This document shows, in pieces, positions 1-9,591 of a stretch of DNA of 30,000 nt. Position 1 is the first letter of the stretch. Each line of letters starts with the position of its first letter. The position numbers and the translations under genes were made by a program. The notes beneath the pieces are model-generated. The model was not told the origin of the DNA and ran no database searches. It saw only the letters and a list, made by a program, of their open reading frames with translations. The stretch is taken from positions 295,083-325,082 of the forward strand of contig NZ_JOJP01000001.1 in assembly GCF_000710775.1 (NCBI RefSeq). The letters are read 5' to 3'. This DNA is from Endozoicomonas elysicola. GTDB taxonomy: Bacteria; Pseudomonadota; Gammaproteobacteria; Pseudomonadales; Endozoicomonadaceae.

Positions 1-177
1 AATCATGGATGATTAACTGCCGGCACGCATAAACTCAAATTATTATAAACAACCATGAGTATAAGAAATATTTTTCTCCACACTCCCTGATGAGTTTTGA
101 ACAGAAAGCACTCAATAAAAAACACAAAAACACTTTCTTGAAATTGGAGTCTGCAGCGCAGAAAGGATGGTAACGAG

Positions 178-1359
178 ATGCCTAAGGCCTGGCAGCTAAC
201 AAAAAGAACAGGTAGCTTTATTGCACTGTCACTCATACTGACGGGTTGCAAGGAAGAGATAGCCCAGCCCTCTGTTCAGTCCGTATCAGCCCAGAACAAA
301 TCGGTTCAGAACCAAAGTGGACAGACTGATAAAGCTCTGCCGAAAGTCTCATTACAAACAATGGTGGAAACGCAAACTGTACCGACCATTCGCACCGTCG
401 GGGAAATACAGTCAGCCGTACAAGTCGATATGTCGGTCAACTTCTCTGCTCCCGTTTCTCGTATTGCGGTAACAGAGGGTCAGAGAGTCAAACGCAACCA
501 GCTATTACTGGAACTGGATGCCACCAAACTACAACTTCACCTCAATGCTGCAAAACAGGCACTGCAAAAAGCCGAAAGTCGTTTGGCTGAAGCGGCTAAC
601 AACCTGCAACGCAGGGAGGTGTTGGCCAATCAGAATAATCTATCCCAAGAGGCACTCGACAGTGCCCACTATGAACACCAGCGCAGCCAGGCTGAAGTGG
701 CTGAAGCAAGGGCAAATGTAAGCCTGGCGCAACGGGAACTATCAGACACTCGTCTTTTAAGCCCGGTTGATGGCATCGTTAATAAGCAGCTTGTAGAAGC
801 AGGAGAAAGTGTTCAGCCTGGACAAAAACTGCTGATATTACAGGCGACAGAAACGCTTGAAGTACAAACATTTGTCAGTGACCACAATGTTAACTCTCTT
901 GCTCCAGGCAGCCGTGCTGAAGTTTCTATTAATAAAGGCTGGAAGGAACGCAGTTATCAGGCGGAGATCTTATCCGTTGGTGCTGCCGCAGACTCACGGA
1001 CGGGTAACTTTGAGATACGGCTACTGCTGAACCAGCCTGATACCTATATTCGTCCTGGCATGACCGCCCGAATTTCAATGGAAGGCCTTCCTCTGAACGG
1101 TATTCTGCTGTTACCAGAAAGCGCTCTGACCGATCAGCAAAATCAGCGCGTCGTTTTTGTCTACAACGACTTAACCGGCAAGGTTGAGCAACGGCATCCT
1201 GCCTTGAAAGTGGGGCTGGGAGATCAGCTCATTATTATGTCTGGCTTAGTGGCTGGGGAGCAGGTTGTTGTTGGTGGCGTTAAACATCTGGTTGAAGGCA
1301 CTGAGGTGGGTGTAGCTGACAGAGCCAATAATGAAATATCGCAGCTATCTGTCCAGTAG
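178..1359 (+). CDS. RND efflux periplasmic adaptor subunit (membrane-fusion protein, HlyD/AcrA family), lipoprotein
   Basis: 393-aa ORF. The N-terminal signal peptide ends in the lipobox LILTG/C. A coiled-coil-like stretch (LQLHLNAAKQALQKAESRLAEAANNLQRRE... AEVAEARANVSLAQRELSDT) is flanked by beta-rich segments, as is typical of MFPs. AAGGA lies upstream of the ATG. The gene ends 31 bp before the RND permease on the same strand. Confidence 0.85.
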   Translation: MPKAWQLTKRTGSFIALSLILTGCKEEIAQPSVQSVSAQNKSVQNQSGQTDKALPKVSLQTMVETQTVPTIRTVGEIQSAVQVDMSVNFSAPVSRIAVTEGQRVKRNQLLLELDATKLQLHLNAAKQALQKAESRLAEAANNLQRREVLANQNNLSQEALDSAHYEHQRSQAEVAEARANVSLAQRELSDTRLLSPVDGIVNKQLVEAGESVQPGQKLLILQATETLEVQTFVSDHNVNSLAPGSRAEVSINKGWKERSYQAEILSVGAAADSRTGNFEIRLLLNQPDTYIRPGMTARISMEGLPLNGILLLPESALTDQQNQRVVFVYNDLTGKVEQRHPALKVGLGDQLIIMSGLVAGEQVVVGGVKHLVEGTEVGVADRANNEISQLSVQ

Positions 1360-1390
1360 AACGAAATAAAAGAATAATGAGTTCGTCACT

Positions 1391-4300
1391 ATGAAGTCAC
1401 TTCTACCGTTTTTTATTGCACGCCCTAAAATCGTCAACCTACTGGTCGGCTGTGTGTTCCTTGCAGGGTTTCTTTTACTGGATGGCTTGCGGTACGAATA
1501 CAACCCCCGGGTTGATATGGGTACCGTCAACATCACCACAACCCGCCTCGGGAGTGGCCCTGAAGAAATTGAACGGTCCATTACCATGCCCATTGAAGAA
1601 GAGCTGCTAAAGGTTGAGGGCATCGAAAAGATATTCTCCAGCTCCATGGATGGCATGTCGGTCATTACCGCACGGCTGGATATCAATTACCATGATAAAA
1701 CCCTTCTGCTGTCTGATATTCAGAAAGCGGTTGATCGTGCCTATACCCGTCTTCCCCAGGATTTGCTGGACAAACCCCTCATAGAAGAACAGTCCACCCA
1801 GAAGACACCGGTTATAGAGATCCACCTTGTAGGTAATGTCAGTGAAGAGATACTGCGTGCCTCTGCACGAAAAGTAGCTGAAGGCCTTCGTGAGGTAGAG
1901 GGAGTTTCTGGGGAGCATCGCATTGGCTATCGACGCAGTGAGGTGAAAGTATTCCTTTCTCCTGAAAAATTGACTCAGCTGGGTATTTCTATCGATGAGG
2001 TACGCAAGGCTATTGTTTCACGTAATGTGAGAGACTCAGGAGGCTCTCTGTCCAGCTTTAATGCTGAAAAGAAAGTCATTTCAGTTGGCCAGTTCCAACA
2101 GCCTAAAGATATTGAATCCGTGATTATCCGAGCTTATGAACCCGGTAATGTTGTACGCGTCAGCGATGTTGCCAGTGTCATAAGTGGTTACGGTGACTGG
2201 GAGGTTGAGAGTCGTACCGATGGCCGCCGGTCTATCATCCTGCAGGTTCATAAAAAACCGACATCCGATGAACTTCATACCGCCAGTAATGTACGAAATT
2301 ATATCGAGCGGATGCGCGCACAAATGCCTGCTGGCATTGAGCTGATTGATGTAAACGACATTTCACGTTTGACGATACAAATGCTCGATGTCCTGGTAAG
2401 CAATGCAGCCCTTGGTCTGGCGCTGGTGTTGGTGATTCTTTATGTAACACTGTCACCTCGTCTCGCATTCTGGGTGGCAATGGGACTACCCTTCTCGATC
2501 ATTCTGACCTTTCTTACCATTGATGCACTGGGTATCAGTGTCAACGCCATCAACCTGGTTGCCATCATTTTGATGCTGGGAATTCTGGTAGATGATGCAG
2601 TGGTGGTTGGAGAGTCTGTTCAATATCAGCGGGAGCTGGGTTTATCCGGGCCTGAAGCAGCAATAAAGGGAACTCAATCTGTTGCTAAACCGGTAATGTT
2701 CGCGGTACTGACCACAATTCTGGCATTTGTGCCCATGCTGGCCATGGGTGGGCGGGACGGTGCATTTATGAAGGACTTTCCTATCGCCGTTCTGATTGTT
2801 CTCACCGTATCGCTATTTGAATCTCAATATATTTTGCCCACGCACCTGGCTCATAAAAGTGGCAGCATCGAGCAGAAACAGAGTCGCTTTCTCAGCCGCT
2901 GGTCATCAATCTATGAAAAGGTCATTTCAACACTGATCCGGCACAGCAGGAAAAGTACGCTGGCTTTTATCGTGGTATTTATCGGTGTAATGGCTTTTGG
3001 TGCATCCACCATTAATTTTCAGCTCTATCCAGCAGTGGATATTGATAATGTCAATGTCAAAATTGAACTGCCAGCAGGCTCCCGTATGACCGATACACGG
3101 GAAGTAGTATCTGCACTGGAAACGCGGGCAAGGGAGCTGATTCCTGCTTCTGACCTGCTGAATATCACCTCTCAAATTGGTCATCACGATACTGATTTTT
3201 ATGGAGCCACAGAGGGTCGCAGTGAGTCCTGGGCCTTGATGATTGTGCAGTTAAAACCGCTCAGCCAGCGTACGGTAAAAACTCACGAGATGGTTGAACT
3301 GCTTCGTACTGAGCTGAAAAAAGTATCACCGGTTACCCATTTGGTAGTCGAGCCTCAAACCGATATCCCTGTGACAGACAAGCCAATACAGGTTGAGTTC
3401 ATCAGCAGTGAGGAATCCCGTTTCCCTGCAGCACAGAAGCTGCTGGACTATCTTGAGCAGCACCCAGCAGTGACCGAGTCCTGGTCAAGCTTTAAGCCCG
3501 GCAGGGATGTAGTAGACCTGACGTTTAATTATGAGCTGCTGGCATCCAGAGGCCTGACGGTTCGTGAGATCACCGATGCAGTTCGTGTGGCGATGGATGG
3601 GCTGATTGTTGATGAGTTACAGACGCTGGATGAACGAATCTACTATCGCCTGCAATACCCTCCCAGCCGTGAAAGCCAGCTGTCCACTCTGGAGAATCTG
3701 AGTATCATCAATCATCGAGGAGAACAGATTTTTCTCAATAGCCTTGTGGAATTTAACTGGCGCTCTGGTGAGGCAGATATCAAACACTACCAGGGACGCC
3801 GTACCACAACAGTGTACGCAGAGATGGATACAGCGGTGATGTCTCTGGAACAGTTAAATCAGGACGTCAGTGACTTTATCGCAACTCAAAGCTGGCCACA
3901 GACCCACCCGGACCTCCGTGTATACCAAGGAGGCGCTCTTGTTCAACAGGCCGATTCCCTGGGACGGATGGGGGATGCATTTCTGATCTGTCTGCTGGCA
4001 ATTTTCATTGCCCTCGTGTTGTTATTCAACTCATACAGCCAGCCAGCACTGGTACTGTTATGCCTACCTTTTGGTGTGATGGGTGTGGTTCTGGGCTTTG
4101 GCTTACAGGGTATTGATATGGGCTATGTTGCACTGACCGGAGTACTGGGACTTATGGGTGTACTGGTCAATGACTCGCTGGTTCTACTTCATACGCTCAA
4201 CAATCAGAAAACCGATAGGGCCTCGTTGTTGAGTAATTCAGAAATTGCCGCCGGTGCGGCCATGCGTTTTCGACCTATTGTGATTACCTCACTGACGACA

Positions 4301-4519
4301 GTAGCCGGATTAATTCCAACCGCATACGGAATAGCTGGGACGAATTCTTATATAACACCAATGGTTATGGCGATGGCCTGGGGGGTTGGCTTTGGTATGT
4401 TTGTCACCTTATTGCTCTTACCCTGTCTCTACACAATTGATCGCGATATTAAGGCCTATTTCCATCGCCGATCAGAAGCAAAGAAAGATCTGAGCTGGCA
4501 AAATTCTGAGCAAGTTTAG
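1391..4519 (+). CDS. RND efflux transporter permease (AcrB/AcrD/AcrF superfamily)
   Basis: 1042-aa ORF with an N-terminal TM helix followed by a large periplasmic domain. Hydrophobic bundles lie at roughly aa 330-480 and 860-1020, separated by a second large soluble loop, which is the classic 12-TM RND architecture. It is directly coupled to the adaptor gene upstream. No outer-membrane factor gene is present in the window. Confidence 0.9.
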   Translation: MKSLLPFFIARPKIVNLLVGCVFLAGFLLLDGLRYEYNPRVDMGTVNITTTRLGSGPEEIERSITMPIEEELLKVEGIEKIFSSSMDGMSVITARLDINYHDKTLLLSDIQKAVDRAYTRLPQDLLDKPLIEEQSTQKTPVIEIHLVGNVSEEILRASARKVAEGLREVEGVSGEHRIGYRRSEVKVFLSPEKLTQLGISIDEVRKAIVSRNVRDSGGSLSSFNAEKKVISVGQFQQPKDIESVIIRAYEPGNVVRVSDVASVISGYGDWEVESRTDGRRSIILQVHKKPTSDELHTASNVRNYIERMRAQMPAGIELIDVNDISRLTIQMLDVLVSNAALGLALVLVILYVTLSPRLAFWVAMGLPFSIILTFLTIDALGISVNAINLVAIILMLGILVDDAVVVGESVQYQRELGLSGPEAAIKGTQSVAKPVMFAVLTTILAFVPMLAMGGRDGAFMKDFPIAVLIVLTVSLFESQYILPTHLAHKSGSIEQKQSRFLSRWSSIYEKVISTLIRHSRKSTLAFIVVFIGVMAFGASTINFQLYPAVDIDNVNVKIELPAGSRMTDTREVVSALETRARELIPASDLLNITSQIGHHDTDFYGATEGRSESWALMIVQLKPLSQRTVKTHEMVELLRTELKKVSPVTHLVVEPQTDIPVTDKPIQVEFISSEESRFPAAQKLLDYLEQHPAVTESWSSFKPGRDVVDLTFNYELLASRGLTVREITDAVRVAMDGLIVDELQTLDERIYYRLQYPPSRESQLSTLENLSIINHRGEQIFLNSLVEFNWRSGEADIKHYQGRRTTTVYAEMDTAVMSLEQLNQDVSDFIATQSWPQTHPDLRVYQGGALVQQADSLGRMGDAFLICLLAIFIALVLLFNSYSQPALVLLCLPFGVMGVVLGFGLQGIDMGYVALTGVLGLMGVLVNDSLVLLHTLNNQKTDRASLLSNSEIAAGAAMRFRPIVITSLTTVAGLIPTAYGIAGTNSYITPMVMAMAWGVGFGMFVTLLLLPCLYTIDRDIKAYFHRRSEAKKDLSWQNSEQV

Positions 4520-4561
4520 GTTCTGTATTTTTCTGAAAATTCAGCACCCGAACACAACAGG

Positions 4562-5218
4562 CTAATCTGCCTGAAGCAATAAGCTTGGCAGCGCTTCCAT
4601 ATTCGCAAATCGGGTTACCAGTGGATGATTTACCGGTTCGGAATGTTCATCCCTGCAGTAATGGAAAACAGGGATACCTGCATTGATACCTGCCATCACG
4701 CCAGGTACGGAGTCTTCGACCAGAACGCATTTTCCCAAATTGACGCCCATGCCTTTTGCAGCATAAGCCAGTAATCCAGGGTCTGGCTTCCAACAATTAG
4801 CATCAAATGCACTGAACAGCTTTCCTTCAAATCTTGGCAGTAGCCCGGTCAGCCCCAGAGTATGTTCCATCTTGCTGGCCGGCCCATTGGATGCCACACA
4901 GATGGGCATCTGGATCTTCTCCAACATCAGAGGTACACCATTCACAGGTGTCAGATATTTATCAAACAGTTGTCGCAACTCTTCCCGATACTCTTTCTCA
5001 AGCTCTGCCAAATTAAGAGACAGATGATGATCACCACAGATGGCTGTCAGGATCTCCACCATCTTGCCGCCTTTGTATTTAGTCAGGCACTCTTCCAGCG
5101 TGATTAGAGCACGGTAGCGGGTAAAAACATTGACCAGTCCCTGGTTACACAAAATCTCGCTATCGACGAGTGTTCCATCACAGTCGAAGATTACACACTC
5201 AATGGTTTTTGGGGTCAT
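4562..5218 (-). CDS. HAD-IA family phosphatase, YieH (6-phosphogluconate phosphatase)-like
   Basis: 218 aa. HAD motif I is FDCDGTLVDSE and the late motifs are VASNGP ... WKPDP ... VEDSVPG. The protein is colinear with my recollection of E. coli YieH (FFDCDGTLVDSE, VVSNGP, WKPDP, VDDSVAG). Confidence 0.8.
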   Translation of the reverse strand: MTPKTIECVIFDCDGTLVDSEILCNQGLVNVFTRYRALITLEECLTKYKGGKMVEILTAICGDHHLSLNLAELEKEYREELRQLFDKYLTPVNGVPLMLEKIQMPICVASNGPASKMEHTLGLTGLLPRFEGKLFSAFDANCWKPDPGLLAYAAKGMGVNLGKCVLVEDSVPGVMAGINAGIPVFHYCRDEHSEPVNHPLVTRFANMEALPSLLLQAD

Positions 5219-5253
5219 TTCAAAAGTTTTTTATCTACTGAAGTTACAATAAT

Positions 5254-5280
5254 GCCCATATAGCAGGTGACTATATGGGC
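5254..5280 (-). terminator. Candidate rho-independent terminator ending the cai-fix transcription unit
   Basis: Perfect 10-bp stem GCCCATATAG / CTATATGGGC (5254-5263 and 5271-5280) with a 7-nt loop. It lies 26 bp downstream of the caiE stop. On the minus-strand transcript it is followed by AUUAUUGU, so the U-tract is only moderate. Confidence 0.5.
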
Positions 5281-5305
5281 ACCAAATACGTTGTAACAAG
5301 CTCTA

Positions 5306-5902
5306 TCAGGCTGATATTTTAGGCTTCACGTCAGTGGTACCCATCAGCCGAGGTCGGTTCAACTCCATTTCAACCAATGGCATCACCTCTTTCATGGTTT
5401 TGCCAGAGCGGATGGCCAGGTCCTGATACTCTTTGGTATTCAAACCTTTCCAGTGCATATCCTGATCAGACACCTGACGAACCGGTTTGGCCGGTGAACC
5501 AATCAAAAGCTGTCTTGCTTCACCCTGAAAGCCAGCTTTCACAAAACTCATGGCCGCTACAATGCTCTCTTCCCCGATAACAGCACCGTCCATTACCACC
5601 GAGTTCATGCCAACCAGTGCATTTCGACGGATGACACAACCGTGAAGAATAGCGCCATGGCCGATATGTCCATCACGTTCGACAACCGTGTCCATATCGC
5701 AGTAGCCATGCATTACACAGCCATCCTGAAGGTTGGCACCCTCCTCCAGAATCAAGCGACCATAGTCGCCTCTCAGACTGGCAACAGGGCCAATATAAAC
5801 ACCCGGCCCGACAATCACATCACCAATCAACACCGCGGTTGGATGGACATAGGCAGTAGGGTCTACCACCGGTACCAGTCCTTCAAACTCATAACAGGGC
5901 AT
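5306..5902 (-). CDS. caiE: Carnitine operon protein CaiE (hexapeptide-repeat / gamma-carbonic-anhydrase-like fold)
   Basis: 198 aa. [49 protein letters not shown] ... [17 protein letters not shown] ... NRPRL.GTTDV.PK tracks my recollection of E. coli CaiE nearly residue for residue. An AAGGGAG RBS lies 8 nt upstream of the ATG at 5902. Confidence 0.9.
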   Translation of the reverse strand: MPCYEFEGLVPVVDPTAYVHPTAVLIGDVIVGPGVYIGPVASLRGDYGRLILEEGANLQDGCVMHGYCDMDTVVERDGHIGHGAILHGCVIRRNALVGMNSVVMDGAVIGEESIVAAMSFVKAGFQGEARQLLIGSPAKPVRQVSDQDMHWKGLNTKEYQDLAIRSGKTMKEVMPLVEMELNRPRLMGTTDVKPKISA

Positions 5903-5919
5903 TTCGATAACTCCCTTAA

Positions 5920-6014
5920 AAAACGCTGCCCGTCACCCGCTGCCCGCTTCCCGTATAAGCGAAGGTTATCCTGGCTTTTACGGACGACGGGCAGCGGGAG
6001 GCGCGTAGCGTTTT
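5920..6014. repeat. Intergenic imperfect-palindromic element, copy A (REP/MITE-like)
   Basis: Lies between the fixX stop and the caiE start. The outer arms are AAAACGCT (5920-5927) / AGCGTTTT (6007-6014). A perfect 11-bp inner stem is CCCGCTGCCCG (5936-5946) / CGGGCAGCGGG (5988-5998). A further CCGTA.AAGC / GCTTTTACGG pairing follows. It shares the CCCGCTGCCCGCTTCCCGTAxAAGC core with copies at 9495-9578 and 22822-22898. Confidence 0.75.
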
Positions 6015-6022
6015 AAAATTAC

Positions 6023-6310
6023 TCAGCCGTAGCGGAACTCAATACCAAAGGTACCCTGTGGGTAGTGCCATTTTTTGATAATGGTGTCACCACAGAGAAT
6101 ACGACAGGTACCACACTCCAGGCAGCCAGCGGAGTCAAAATGGATATTGCCATTTTCGTCACGCTTATAAAGACCAGCAGGGCAGGCAGCTTCCAGCTTG
6201 GCAAATTCTGCCGGATCCGGATTCTCAACCAGTTCGATATGAGGATTGCCTTCATCAACAAAGAATTTGTTAATGCCCAGCTTTACATCAACATTGACCT
6301 TCTCGCTCAT
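6023..6310 (-). CDS. fixX: Ferredoxin-like protein FixX
   Basis: 95 aa. NVDVKLG.NKF.VDE..PHI ... CPAGLYK ... GCLECGTCRI ... P.GTFG.EFRYG matches remembered E. coli FixX. The start overlaps the fixC stop (ATGA at 6307-6310). Confidence 0.9.
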   Translation of the reverse strand: MSEKVNVDVKLGINKFFVDEGNPHIELVENPDPAEFAKLEAACPAGLYKRDENGNIHFDSAGCLECGTCRILCGDTIIKKWHYPQGTFGIEFRYG

Positions 6311-7593
6311 AGCGCAGTCGCTCCCTTGAAGCCATCTTTAATCAGGTTCATGAAACCGGCCTGCTTCAGGTGAGGCATCACAATTTTCCGCAGTGGAGCA
6401 GAAGTGCCGTTCATGGTGTAAAGGTCTTTCATGATGCCGGTCATCATGGTTGGATACTGGTTAAACATTCTTGGGTTATCCAGGAAGCCGGGAACCTTCT
6501 TATAGAGCTGAAGGTCTTTCATCACAAAGCTGTTATCCAGCGTTGTTTTGTAGGAGGCCAGACCCGCTTCACTGAAGTCGCCCGCCTCTTTAGCCTTGAT
6601 GATGGCATTGGCAGCTGCTTCACCGGAGGCAATGGCCAGGTCCATTCCCCGAATGGTAAAGCCAATATTCAGACAGAGACCTGCGGCATCACCGGCAATC
6701 AGAACGCCATCACCCACCATCTTCGGCACCATGTCATAACCACCTTCCGGTACAACGTGGGCAGAATATTCTACGGTCTTACCACCAGCGATCAGCGGCT
6801 TAACGGTTGGATGATTTTTGAAGTCTTCCATCATCTGAGGAATGCTTTTGCTGACCTTGTCAATGTTATGCAGACCAAACACCAGCCCCAGAGAAACGCT
6901 GTCTTCATTGGTGTACAGGAAGCCACCACCCATCTGGCCATCAGAAGGTGAGCCAACAAACAGCCAGGCAGCACCTTCATTATCCATGCAACCAAAACGA
7001 TCATTGATCTGCTGGCGGCTCAGCTCAATGACTTCCTTAACACCCACACCGGTGTTGTGTGCATTTACACCGGTCACCATGCCCAGCTTCTGGCCCAGCA
7101 TGGAGTTCACACCATCGGCAAGAAGCACAACATCGGCTTCCATCTCTTCGCCACCGGCAATAACACCACAGACCTTACCGTCGCGAACAATCAGATCATC
7201 AACATGAACACCCGGAACAATGCTGGCACCTTCAGATTCAGCTTGTTCTGCCAGCCACTGATCAAATTTTGAACGCAGCACAGCATAAGAGCGACTGCCT
7301 GGATCTGCGGCTTCAGGGCTTGCATAGTCAAGCGTCACACTGCTGCTGCCATCCATAAAAGAGACCTTCTCATGGACAATGCAGCGCTCAACAGGAGCTT
7401 CTTCAGCAAAGTTGGGGAAGATTTTCTCGATACTGTGGGCATAAAGGCGACCACCGGTCACATTCTTTGACCCTGGAAAGTTGCCCCGTTCAATAACCAG
7501 TGTTTCCAGACCGGCCTTGGCTAACAGGTACGCACTGATGCAACCGGCAAGTCCTGCCCCGACAATGATTACATCAAATTTATCTTCGGACAT
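6307..7593 (-). CDS. fixC: Electron-transfer-flavoprotein:quinone oxidoreductase-type flavoprotein FixC
   Basis: 428 aa. The N-terminal FAD dinucleotide fold is KFDVIIVGAGLAGC. The length and the position between fixB (plus an insert) and fixX are as in E. coli fixABCX. A GAGGGGA RBS lies upstream of the ATG at 7593. Confidence 0.88.
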   Translation of the reverse strand: MSEDKFDVIIVGAGLAGCISAYLLAKAGLETLVIERGNFPGSKNVTGGRLYAHSIEKIFPNFAEEAPVERCIVHEKVSFMDGSSSVTLDYASPEAADPGSRSYAVLRSKFDQWLAEQAESEGASIVPGVHVDDLIVRDGKVCGVIAGGEEMEADVVLLADGVNSMLGQKLGMVTGVNAHNTGVGVKEVIELSRQQINDRFGCMDNEGAAWLFVGSPSDGQMGGGFLYTNEDSVSLGLVFGLHNIDKVSKSIPQMMEDFKNHPTVKPLIAGGKTVEYSAHVVPEGGYDMVPKMVGDGVLIAGDAAGLCLNIGFTIRGMDLAIASGEAAANAIIKAKEAGDFSEAGLASYKTTLDNSFVMKDLQLYKKVPGFLDNPRMFNQYPTMMTGIMKDLYTMNGTSAPLRKIVMPHLKQAGFMNLIKDGFKGATAL

Positions 7594-7671
7594 GGTGTCC
7601 CCTCACTTCTAACGATATGCACCTGGTAGTGCAATTCCATTTATTGATTAAACTTTTCCGGCCCACGCTGT

Positions 7672-9270
7672 TTATTGGCTTAAAAGAGCGTTATATGGGA
7701 TGGCCCAGTAATAGATAAGAAAGGTGGAAACCAATACCCCGGCAGCCACCATAATCCAGCCGTAGTAGCGACTTCTGACATACTCTGCCGCCACCGTTTC
7801 TGATGCGGGTATCTGGTGAATTTTGTCCTGGTAAGTAATCTCTTCGATGGTCTTGGTCTGGCCTTTTGAGCCCCAGATACCAAGCACGATACTGATGGCT
7901 ACGCCAATAAAGAAAGGATCAAAAAGATTAACCAATGGCACACCGGCCAGCTCTTTAAGCAGCTTAGCGACCATATACCCAAAGAAACCGCCCGCCATGG
8001 CCAGGTAAGCGCCACGTTCTGTCAGCTTCTTACTCCAGACACTGGCAAAAGCAACGTAACCCCAGGATGCCGCGATGATCGTGCTGGCAAACCAGGCAAT
8101 GACACGGATACTGGCCATATCCATACTGGCAATCATCAGTGACAGTAAACTGACCAGCAGCATCATCCCACGGGTGAAGCGCAGTTGTGATTTCTCACTG
8201 GCAAACTTGATATTCAGAATATCGCTGGACAGGCTGAAGCCCACCACCGACAGAAAAGTACATGCTGAAGTAAGACCGGCAGTCAGAATACCCGCGAGCA
8301 GAGCTACACCCACCAGCGGAGGCATTAACTCCATGGCAGCCCAGATCATGACCTTTTCAGGCTGATCCATCGCTGGATTCACAGGAATGACACTGATGGA
8401 CATCAGATAGAGGTAGAGCAGAAAAATTACCGTCAGCAGCGCCATCATCACACTGGAGCGCAGAATCACATGTTCATTTCGCGCCATCAGGTTCCGGCCA
8501 GCCTGCCAGGGGCTGACGGCAACGGTTACCAGCCAGATAATGCCCATGGTGATGCCGTAAAACACCATATCAAACTCGGAGCCACCACGAGGGTTACCGT
8601 GGTAATCCAGCAGTCCCGGTGGCGTTTCTGGATTACGGGCCAGCGTATCAAGCAGATTCTCAAGACCACCTGCGGCTTCAAATACATAAGGCCCGGCAAA
8701 GATCGTGATGCCCAGGAAGAACAGGCACATAACGGTGTCTGTCAATACGCTTCCACGAGCACCGGAATAGAAGGTAAACAGGGTGATGCCGACCCAGGCA
8801 ATCAAAAGACAGGTTATACGACTGTAACCAGTTAATGTTTCCATCAGCAGGCCGGTACCCTGTAGAACACTGATCAGATAAGCGAACAGGGAGGCTACCG
8901 TAATCATGGCAGCCAACCGGCGAATACGAAGGCTGTTAAACCGATTAGAAAAATAGGTAGGCATGGTATTAACCATGGCCCTGCGAATATAGCGACCAAA
9001 AAACAGGCCACCGATCACATACCCTCCGGCACAGAGCGTATTCAGTAAAAGCATGGTGGTAATGTTGCCACCGTAGCTGAAAGCGGTATCCCCCATAAAC
9101 CCATTAGTACTGAGCATGGAGGCAAATAAGGTGCAGGTAATAAATAACGTGGGAGCATTGCGACCGCAGACATAATAATCATCAATGCCTTTAACCTTCA
9201 TTCCGGCGTATGCACCAATCAACACGAATACAACAATGCTGACAAGAACGCCGGCGGCATAAATACTCAT
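7672..9270 (-). CDS. Sodium:solute symporter (SSS) family transporter, substrate unknown
   Basis: 532 aa and almost entirely hydrophobic, with about 13-14 predicted TM segments. The N-terminal region (VFVLIGAYAGMKVKGIDDYYVCGRNAP) resembles the SSS family (PutP/PanF/ActP-like) entry motif. It is embedded between fixB and fixC on the same strand. Confidence 0.7.
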   Translation of the reverse strand: MSIYAAGVLVSIVVFVLIGAYAGMKVKGIDDYYVCGRNAPTLFITCTLFASMLSTNGFMGDTAFSYGGNITTMLLLNTLCAGGYVIGGLFFGRYIRRAMVNTMPTYFSNRFNSLRIRRLAAMITVASLFAYLISVLQGTGLLMETLTGYSRITCLLIAWVGITLFTFYSGARGSVLTDTVMCLFFLGITIFAGPYVFEAAGGLENLLDTLARNPETPPGLLDYHGNPRGGSEFDMVFYGITMGIIWLVTVAVSPWQAGRNLMARNEHVILRSSVMMALLTVIFLLYLYLMSISVIPVNPAMDQPEKVMIWAAMELMPPLVGVALLAGILTAGLTSACTFLSVVGFSLSSDILNIKFASEKSQLRFTRGMMLLVSLLSLMIASMDMASIRVIAWFASTIIAASWGYVAFASVWSKKLTERGAYLAMAGGFFGYMVAKLLKELAGVPLVNLFDPFFIGVAISIVLGIWGSKGQTKTIEEITYQDKIHQIPASETVAAEYVRSRYYGWIMVAAGVLVSTFLIYYWAIPYNALLSQ

Positions 9271-9464
9271 AACCCACTTCCCACAGGTGCGCCCGGTAAT
9301 GCTTCCGGTGCTGTCACAGATGTTTCTTCAATATTGTTACTATCAATGCTTTGCTGATTGTTAGAGTTGTGTCTTTTTTGCTCAAGATATAAGACTCTAT
9401 TCATCAACAGGCCAACACCTGACAGAAAGCTGCCAATAAACAATGAAAAAATGATTTCACCCAT
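9267..9464 (-). CDS. Small single-pass membrane protein translationally coupled to the SSS transporter (hypothetical)
   Basis: 65-aa ORF with one N-terminal TM helix (IIFSLFIGSFLSGVGLLM) and a polar N/Q/S-rich tail. A GGGAGA RBS lies about 9 nt upstream of the ATG at 9464. Its stop overlaps the transporter start (ATGA, 9267-9270). I recognise no family. Confidence 0.5.
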   Translation of the reverse strand: MGEIIFSLFIGSFLSGVGLLMNRVLYLEQKRHNSNNQQSIDSNNIEETSVTAPEALPGAPVGSGL

Positions 9465-9494
9465 GATTGAACGTCTCCCTGCCAGTTATAAGAG

Positions 9495-9578
9495 CGCTTT
9501 CCGCAACCCGCTGGCCGCTTCCCGTAAAAGCATATGTCTTATCTTTTTCGGGGAGCAGGCAGCGGAGACCGGACGGCG
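9495..9578. repeat. Intergenic imperfect-palindromic element, copy B (REP/MITE-like)
   Basis: Lies between the fixB stop and the small ORF start. The sequence is CGCTTTCCGCAACCCGCTGGCCGCTTCCCGTAAAAGCATATGTCTTATCTTTTTCGGGGAGCAGGCAGCGGAGACCGGACGGCG. It is near-identical in its core to copy C. About 19 of 23 positions pair between the arms CCGCTGGCCGCTTCCCGTAAAAG and CTTTTTCGGGGAGCAGGCAGCGG. Confidence 0.75.
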
Positions 9579-9591
9579 AATCAGCTGATGC

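Noticed and set aside
3-251. 82-aa minus-strand ORF at the left edge
   Set aside because: It overlaps the adaptor gene start and its promoter region, and it has no RBS or recognisable features. It is probably non-coding upstream sequence of the RND operon.
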